Assembly (NCBI GenBank): GCA_016199605.1
Contig: JACQGJ010000414.1
Coordinates: 1-39,789, forward strand
DNA: 39,789 nt
DNA from: Armatimonadota bacterium
GTDB taxonomy: Bacteria > Armatimonadota > Abditibacteriia > CG2-30-59-28
Direction of reading: 5' to 3'
The notes under the pieces were generated by a model, which ran no database searches, was not told where the DNA came from, and saw nothing but the letters and a program-made list of their open reading frames with translations. Below are positions 34,073 to 39,789 of this stretch, in pieces. Made by a program: the position numbers and the translations under genes. The stretch's first letter is position 1. The number at the start of each line of letters is the position of its first letter.

Positions 34073-34126
34073 TGCGGCGCGTTCGGGGGATTGGGTTGCG
34101 ATCCTCCTTGATGAGTCGAGTCCGCC

Positions 34127-36748
34127 ATGTCCTCAAGCATTATCACAATGGTCTTTTCCGACCTGGTCAGCAGCACCTCGATCAAGATGCAGCTTCCGGG
34201 CGGGGACATCTCCGAACGAAATCGCGTCTACTTCGACACGATCCTCATGCCTCACCGCCGGCGAGTGCAATCCAGCCTGGAGCGATATGGCGGGAGAGTG
34301 GTGAAGACGGAGGGGGATGCCTTTTTCATTGTGTTCGGCGACGCGGTGCGAGCGGCGCAGTGGTCCATCGCTCTTCACCTCGACCATGCGGAGTACCCCA
34401 TCGACACGCCAGTGGGGCCGCTGCAAGCGCGGATTGGCATGCACACCGGAGCGCCTCTGGCAGATCAGGATGACTTCATTGGACACGATGTGGACTATGC
34501 CTCACGCGTCGGAGACCTGGCCAACGGCGGGCAAGTCGTGCTGTCGGAAGCCACCGCCGCGCTGGCGCGGGCGGCCCACATCTCAGGCGTTGAACTCCAC
34601 CCCCACGGCGAGAGAGACCTAAAAGGCGTCGGACGCACTCCGATCTTCGAGCTTCTCTACGCGGGCAGGCAGCCTCAGCCTCTGAGGGAACCTCTTCTGA
34701 CTCCCACCAATCTTCCCATCTCGGACACGCGCTTCATTGACCGGGAGATCGAGGTCTCTGAGGGTTGCGATCTGCTGCGGGACCCGGGAACGCGTCTGCT
34801 CACCCTTACGGGCTTTGCCGGTCTTGGGAAGACCCGCGTCGCCCACCAGATTGCGAAGCGCTGCGTAGACAGGTTCGCGGATGAGTTCCCGGAGGGTGTG
34901 TGGTGGGTGGAATTGGAGGACCTACAGGAAAACAGCGAGGTGATTCCTCGCATTGCCACGGACCTCGGAATCGATCTGCGGCCGCAACCTCCCGTGGCCG
35001 ACCAGGTTCTCGCTTTTCTCCGCGAGCGACAGATGGTGCTGGTTCTTGATAACTCAGAGCAGATTCCGAACGTTGCTGAGGTCGTCAAACGCTTACTTAC
35101 GGCGGCGCCCTCCCTCAAGTGTGTCATCACTTCACGACGCACCTTGGGCCTCCAGACGGAGCATGTCCTGGAGTTGCAGCCCTTGTCTTCCACTCATGCG
35201 GTGGAGCTGTTTGTGAGCCGAGCCCGAGCGCGCTCCAGCGATTTCGGGATGACGCCGGACAACGCTGTGGATATTCAGCAGCTTTGCGCCGTTCTCGAGG
35301 AAGTGCCGCTTGCCATTGAGCTGGCGGCTTCTCGCATCGTGGTGATGGAGGCCGGACAGATGCTGCAGCGCATGGACCGGCAAGTTGAGTTTCTCAAGTC
35401 CCGAGAGCCCGACCTGCGCCCACGACAGCGGGCCCTGCGCGCAGCCATCGACTGGTCTTACGAGTTGTTGACGGAGGACGACAAGAAGCTCTTGGCTGAG
35501 GTGTCGGTTTTTGCGGGAGGGTTCACGTTGGAGGATGCTGAGTCGGTATGCGACACCTTCGACGTTCTGGAGGGAGTTGAGGAGTTACGCCTTCAATCGC
35601 TCCTGCGGGCCGGTACGGATCCGGTGACACGGCGTCGCAGGTTCTCCATGCTGGCTGCGGTTCGCGCCTATGCCGAGGACAGACTGCGCGTGCGCCCGGA
35701 GCAGGAAAGAGCCGTGCGGCTTCGCCATGCGGAGCACTACCTTTCCATCGCGCAGGATTGCCTCTATAAGCTCCGCACCTCCGAAGAAGCAGCCGCGTCG
35801 GAGAAGATGGAGACGGAGCTTGCGAATCTCCGGGCAGCGTTTGAGTGGATCCAGAAGCCGGAGCATCACAGGCTGTGCGCGGAATTGTCCCTCGCTGTAG
35901 GCGCCTTCCTTCAACGGCGTGGTTTCACGCTGGAAGCCATGGCGTATTTCCACACAGGTCTTGATTCCGCTCGCGCGCTGGGACAGGAGGGGACCGTGTT
36001 GGCCGCGAAGATTCAGCGCGAACACGCGGGGCTGCACCACGATCGGTTTGAGTGGGCCGACGCAAGGAGAGACGCGATTGAAGCTCTTAACATCTTTGAG
36101 CAGTTGCGCCAACCGGAGGGGATCGCCAGCGCGTACAACCTCTTGGGGCTCATCGCAAAAGGCGAGACGGATTTCAGCGAGGCTCGACGCAGCTTCTCGG
36201 CGGCGATGAAACAATTCGAGGCCTGTGATGACAAGACCGGCGCTGCGATTGTCTACAACAACCTTGGTCTCGTGGAATACACGGACACGCAGGGCGATAA
36301 GGGGAAAGCTCTCCGCTGCTGGCAGGAGTCCTTGCGTCTATCCCGTGAGCAGGGCAACCACCGCGGCGTGGCAGAAGCGCTAATCAATCTGGGAGTCCTG
36401 GCTCAGGACCAGAAGCGCACCGACGAAGCGTACCATTACTACGCCGAAGCCCTCGGGGTCGAGAGGAAGCTCCGGCATTCTTTCGGTGTGGGGCGCGCTC
36501 TCAACAACCTTGCAGAGATCGCCGAGGCGAGGGGCGAGCTTCGCAAGGCACATCGCCTGTATGCCGCTGCGGCCTGTCTGTTTGACAGAGTGGCATCCCC
36601 CTATGAATGTCACGCGAGGACGAGACTGGTCCACGTCCGGGAGGCGCTTGGACTTACCGAAGAACCCGCAGGTTCTGTCCACCAACCCCTCAAAGACAAG
36701 ACCCTCGACGAGTTGCTTGAATGGGCGCAAGAAGAGAGCGCCGCCTGA
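34127..36748 (+). CDS. class III adenylate/guanylate cyclase domain - NB-ARC-type STAND ATPase - TPR repeat protein
   Basis: 873 aa. The cyclase domain covers aa ~4-178 (ITMVFSDLVSST; VVKTEGDAFFIVFGD; RIGMHTG; GHDVDYASRV). The NB-ARC-like module has Walker A GFAGLGKT (34811-34834), Walker B MVLVLDNSE (35033-35059), ITSRR, LQPLS..AVELF, EEVPLAIELAA and ..WSYELL..LLAEVSVFAGGFTLEDAE. TPR-like repeats cover aa ~520-840 (..AYNLLGLIA.., ..VYNNLGLVE.., ..ALINLGVLA.., ..ALNNLAEIA..). Confidence 0.87.
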   Translation: MSSSIITMVFSDLVSSTSIKMQLPGGDISERNRVYFDTILMPHRRRVQSSLERYGGRVVKTEGDAFFIVFGDAVRAAQWSIALHLDHAEYPIDTPVGPLQARIGMHTGAPLADQDDFIGHDVDYASRVGDLANGGQVVLSEATAALARAAHISGVELHPHGERDLKGVGRTPIFELLYAGRQPQPLREPLLTPTNLPISDTRFIDREIEVSEGCDLLRDPGTRLLTLTGFAGLGKTRVAHQIAKRCVDRFADEFPEGVWWVELEDLQENSEVIPRIATDLGIDLRPQPPVADQVLAFLRERQMVLVLDNSEQIPNVAEVVKRLLTAAPSLKCVITSRRTLGLQTEHVLELQPLSSTHAVELFVSRARARSSDFGMTPDNAVDIQQLCAVLEEVPLAIELAASRIVVMEAGQMLQRMDRQVEFLKSREPDLRPRQRALRAAIDWSYELLTEDDKKLLAEVSVFAGGFTLEDAESVCDTFDVLEGVEELRLQSLLRAGTDPVTRRRRFSMLAAVRAYAEDRLRVRPEQERAVRLRHAEHYLSIAQDCLYKLRTSEEAAASEKMETELANLRAAFEWIQKPEHHRLCAELSLAVGAFLQRRGFTLEAMAYFHTGLDSARALGQEGTVLAAKIQREHAGLHHDRFEWADARRDAIEALNIFEQLRQPEGIASAYNLLGLIAKGETDFSEARRSFSAAMKQFEACDDKTGAAIVYNNLGLVEYTDTQGDKGKALRCWQESLRLSREQGNHRGVAEALINLGVLAQDQKRTDEAYHYYAEALGVERKLRHSFGVGRALNNLAEIAEARGELRKAHRLYAAAACLFDRVASPYECHARTRLVHVREALGLTEEPAGSVHQPLKDKTLDELLEWAQEESAA

Positions 36749-36844
36749 ATTCCTGCTCGCTCAAATATTGGCAGTTGTGACACGCAAAGTGGGGGGCTCG
36801 TCCGTCTCGGCTGGAGTTAACGTTGTTGTGCTACTCAAAAAGTA

Positions 36845-38596
36845 TCACTGGACTGCCAGTGACAGTGCTTTCGGCCATGCCTGCCAGTCCCAGAAAGGCA
36901 TTGCCCCTGGCGGCGCGGAACCCAACACCGTTCCCGCACAGGCCACGACTCGACCTCTGCCATAGCTCCCCGCGATGAGAAACGGCTTGCCGCCTGCTTG
37001 TATAAGAACTTCTGCTGTGGGTTTGGGAGTTAGCTGGTGTAGCCACAAGACGCAGGGCTTCTGCGACCATGGCAGCGGCTTGCCAGCTTGCCAGTCGGCG
37101 GCGGGGACCAGTGCCGCCGGTGGACTGCAAAACGCACGATCAAAGGGATGGTTTACTGTGACCGGCAGCATCTCCTCGAGAAACGTGCTTTCCATCTTTG
37201 ACCCACCGTAGGACAACCAGCCGCCCAACACGACGAGGACCCCACCCGCGTCGACAAACTTACGGAGAGCGTCTCGTCCTTGGAAGCCGAGACCTTCAGC
37301 ATCCACGTCGGTCAGCACCACCGCCCGAAGTCCTGAGAGTTCGGTGGGATCGGTTGGGAACGGTGGAGTGAGAAGGCTGTTCCCTCCAGGAGTAGAGATG
37401 CAGGCAAGGCGCGTCACGGTTGTCCCCAGCTCTCTCGCCACTTCGTCCAATCGGTAGAACGGGAAGAAGGGACCGCGCAGCACGAAGAGGCCACCGTTGC
37501 TATCCGGCTTCACATCGCCACCGAGTACCTCGCCATACATTGTGACCAGTTCTCTATCGGGCAAGCGTTTCAACTCGGTGACGGTGAAGGTGTCCACCCA
37601 GAGGTCTACCTTCCCGTACCAGGTGCACAAGTATTGCATCCCACCGCGCGGCGGGCGGAGGAAATCTATGGAGAACTCCTCGAACTGGCGGGGTTGCTTG
37701 AACTCGTTTGCGAGTAGCGTCCGACTGCGCATGGAGTGAGAGTTGAGGACACCGTTGGAGGCGGTGTAGATGGTGCAAACCTGATCGGGTTTTGAGTTGT
37801 CGGAAACACGCAGGCGGAAAGTCGCCCGGAAGAGACCGGGGCCTTGGTCGGGAATCAGCGGGCCACTGATGAGTCCACCCACGTGGTCAACTCCGACCCG
37901 CGCATGAATCGCGCCGCCTGAATGGGAGTCGGGCAAGGCCTCCGTGGGAAGCTCCACCCCATAGGCTCTCGCCATGTAGGTCCAACGGCGCGCCTCTTTC
38001 CGTGGTTCGGGGATCTCCAGGTCTTGCAGGTCCATGTCGTCGACGAACAGAGCGGGCGAGACTTCCTTCGAGGCGTCATAGCAGTGAACGACGACGACAA
38101 TCCTTGCCTCCCGCGCCGTGTCGGGGGCAGGACCGGTCATCTCCGCAAACTTCCATGCGTCGGTCGAGGCATAGGGAATCTCAAGAAAGGAACCATCGCG
38201 CGTGGCAAGCAGCTTGTGTGAGTCGTCATAGAAAAGGAGCATCGTCTGCGACCAGAGGTTGCCCTTTCCACTCCAGCCGACGGACTTATACCAGCCGGAG
38301 AGACGGACGAGTTTCCCGGGAGTTACCTGAGCGGTCTCGGACGTGATCTCGATGCGCCCTACGTCGGCGTGGGAGGTCAACCGTATCGAGAGGGCGCCCT
38401 TGCCGGAACGATGTTCCTCGGCAGTGACGCTCCAGTCGAATCCCTTCGGCTGACCGGAGCAGGTCCAGGCGACTGGTTTGTCGCCAGCTATCTGTTCAAA
38501 GCCCTGGTTGGGGGGAGCAACGCGGTCAGCCTGCGACCCGTTGCACATAGCCAGGACCAGACTTGTGATGGCTGGGACTAATCCGAGGAGCCTCAT
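36845..38596 (-). CDS. secreted hypothetical protein (N-terminal CBM/galactose-binding-like domain; C-terminal GATase1-like/DUF1355-like domain)
   Basis: 583 aa. Signal-like N-terminus (LLGLVPAITSLVLAMC). An N-terminal jelly-roll-like pattern (NQGFEQ..WTCSG..GKGALSI..). The C-terminal ..AVVLTDVDAEGLGFQGRDALRKFVDAGGVLVVLGGW.. resembles class-I amidotransferase-like folds. The domain calls are tentative. Confidence 0.65.
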   Translation of the reverse strand: MRLLGLVPAITSLVLAMCNGSQADRVAPPNQGFEQIAGDKPVAWTCSGQPKGFDWSVTAEEHRSGKGALSIRLTSHADVGRIEITSETAQVTPGKLVRLSGWYKSVGWSGKGNLWSQTMLLFYDDSHKLLATRDGSFLEIPYASTDAWKFAEMTGPAPDTAREARIVVVVHCYDASKEVSPALFVDDMDLQDLEIPEPRKEARRWTYMARAYGVELPTEALPDSHSGGAIHARVGVDHVGGLISGPLIPDQGPGLFRATFRLRVSDNSKPDQVCTIYTASNGVLNSHSMRSRTLLANEFKQPRQFEEFSIDFLRPPRGGMQYLCTWYGKVDLWVDTFTVTELKRLPDRELVTMYGEVLGGDVKPDSNGGLFVLRGPFFPFYRLDEVARELGTTVTRLACISTPGGNSLLTPPFPTDPTELSGLRAVVLTDVDAEGLGFQGRDALRKFVDAGGVLVVLGGWLSYGGSKMESTFLEEMLPVTVNHPFDRAFCSPPAALVPAADWQAGKPLPWSQKPCVLWLHQLTPKPTAEVLIQAGGKPFLIAGSYGRGRVVACAGTVLGSAPPGAMPFWDWQAWPKALSLAVQ

Positions 38597-38709
38597 CTCT
38601 TCCCCCAGACCGGCGTGCGGTCCTCATAGCCCGACTGGTGGCTCCACGTCCCAGGGATCGCGTCGTGCAGGATATGTGACTTCATGTCCTTCCATGTCTC
38701 GGATTGCAT
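38593..38709 (-). CDS. possible 38-aa small ORF, stop overlapping the next gene's ATG (ATGA)
   Basis: Below the track cutoff: MQSETWKDMKSHILHDAIPGTWSHQSGYEDRTPVWGKR*. It fills the fucosidase-to-583-aa-gene gap, and its third codon positions are GC-rich over most of its length. No clear SD and no recognised family. Confidence 0.25.
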   Translation of the reverse strand: MQSETWKDMKSHILHDAIPGTWSHQSGYEDRTPVWGKR

Positions 38710-38721
38710 GAGGGGATCATC

Positions 38722-39789
38722 TCACCGCCGACCGACTGGCTTCAGCCGTATCCTTTGTAGGTTCATCACCGCGCCGTTGGGCATTTCAGTGACGCGAACG
38801 GATAGGGTCTGCCTGCCGCGGGAGAAACTCAAATCTCCCAGGTCCATCGTCTGAAATTCGGTCCATGAACCGGTCGATTTCACGGTAGCCGACAGAATCG
38901 GGCCGCCCTCCAAACCGACATTGAAACGGCTGCCGGCATTTTCGGCGGGACACGCGTAGACGATCTCCATACGATAGGCGCCTTCGGTGGGAAACCGACA
39001 TTCCCATGTCACGTAGTCATGGGGATCAGTCCAATAGCCGATGTTGTCCTTGCCGCCTCCTTGTTCATACCGGGCGGCATTACCGTGAATCTCAGCGTCC
39101 ACGGCCTTCAGCGCGAAGACTCCCTCCTCGTCTGGTTTGAGCAGAACCGGCGTATCGACTACGACAGGAACTGCCCCAAAGCTCAACTCCACGACTGTCG
39201 CAGCAAAGTCGACCTGTCGGGGCTTGCTGATCTGAGTGACCATTTCACCGCCGCGCGAACTCGCAGAGTTCGCGCCCTTGTTCACCGTAACTTTCAGCCG
39301 CTCGTTGCCCCTCAAAGCTCGAGCGCTGAGGACAGGGGTTTGCACACCCGCGATGCTCAGGCCCTCCTTAGGCCAATGAAACACGTGCAGGAAGATCCTC
39401 CTGCCTTTGACGGTGCATCTTCCGTCAAAGGAAAGACGCCGGAAGGGGCTTTTCGTTGTTCCGTAAATGCTGTCCCCGTTGACCTTCATCCATTCGCCGA
39501 TTCGAGCCAGCCGTTCGTTGATCTCTTCGGGGAAAGTCCCTTCAGCAGTCGGCCCGACGTTGAGCAGGAAGTTGCCACCCTTGCTGGCGATGTCGCACAA
39601 TTTCCGGATCAAGTCTTCGGCGGGCTTCCAGTTGTGATCGTTTTTCGAGTAACCCCAGGTATCGTTCATCGTCATGCAGGTTTCCCATAGCCGACCCCCA
39701 GGCAGGGCGTTGGCGGGGATCGTCTGCTCGGGTGTGGAGAAGTCCTCGGAGAGTTGGTTGCGGTCGTTGATGATAATCCTCGGTTGCAG
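38722..39789 (-). CDS. alpha-L-fucosidase (GH29) C-terminal part with CBM6/35-like carbohydrate-binding module; 5' end beyond the window end
   Basis: The track ORF starts at an internal Met (39675). The frame is open to nt 39789 and reads LQPRIIINDRNQLSEDFSTPEQTIPANALPGGRLWETCMTMNDTWGYSKNDHNWK.., typical of GH29. The C-terminal ..NIGYWTDPHDYVTWECRFPTEGAYRMEIVYA..STGSWTEFQTMDLG.. is CBM-like. Confidence 0.8.
   Translation of the reverse strand: MQPRIIINDRNQLSEDFSTPEQTIPANALPGGRLWETCMTMNDTWGYSKNDHNWKPAEDLIRKLCDIASKGGNFLLNVGPTAEGTFPEEINERLARIGEWMKVNGDSIYGTTKSPFRRLSFDGRCTVKGRRIFLHVFHWPKEGLSIAGVQTPVLSARALRGNERLKVTVNKGANSASSRGGEMVTQISKPRQVDFAATVVELSFGAVPVVVDTPVLLKPDEEGVFALKAVDAEIHGNAARYEQGGGKDNIGYWTDPHDYVTWECRFPTEGAYRMEIVYACPAENAGSRFNVGLEGGPILSATVKSTGSWTEFQTMDLGDLSFSRGRQTLSVRVTEMPNGAVMNLQRIRLKPVGRR

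Noticed and set aside
1-39789. Search for tRNA, rRNA, CRISPR arrays, transposases, integrases and prophage genes
   Set aside because: By eye I saw no T-loop/acceptor-like tRNA candidates in the intergenic gaps, no regularly spaced direct repeats, and no recognisable transposase, integrase or phage structural translations. A tRNAscan, Infernal or CRISPR-finder run would be needed to exclude them formally.

Overview
This is a GC-rich bacterial chromosomal window, densely coding and mostly on the minus strand. I saw no rRNA, tRNA, CRISPR array, transposase or integrase. All family calls come from reading the translations by eye; no search was run.

Gene content from left to right:
- A partial alpha/beta hydrolase and tldD.
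- An envelope block that runs without a real break: Wzy_C/O-antigen-ligase+TPR, GT-C/GT39, GT9, PilP-like, PilO-like and a PilM-PilN fusion, preceded by ackA.
- A palindromic element and a Uma2 endonuclease gene wedged between ackA and a phosphate butyryl/acetyl-transferase gene.
- A lipoprotein, a decayed HicAB-like module and a small secretin-core-like exported protein.
- An HMGL/IPMS-family enzyme and an FmdB zinc ribbon.
- An NfeD/YqiJ-like, small wHTH-like and KaiC-like ATPase operon.
- uppP, wecB and wecA, headed by a degenerate GGDEF protein with an intact I-site.
- Two small overlapping ORFs and an MFS transporter.

The most unusual region is 26.2-36.7 kb:
- Four tandem prepilin-type (GFTLIELL / H-X9-DG) pseudopilin genes are packed directly onto a signal-peptide-bearing 14-blade WD40-Ig-caspase (C14) gene and a shorter Ig-caspase paralogue.
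- A class III nucleotide cyclase fused to an NB-ARC-type STAND ATPase and TPR array is transcribed divergently from this array.

The right end carries a secreted CBM-like/GATase-like protein and a partial GH29 alpha-L-fucosidase. The pseudopilin type suggests an Armatimonadota/Planctomycetota-like lineage, which is inference only.
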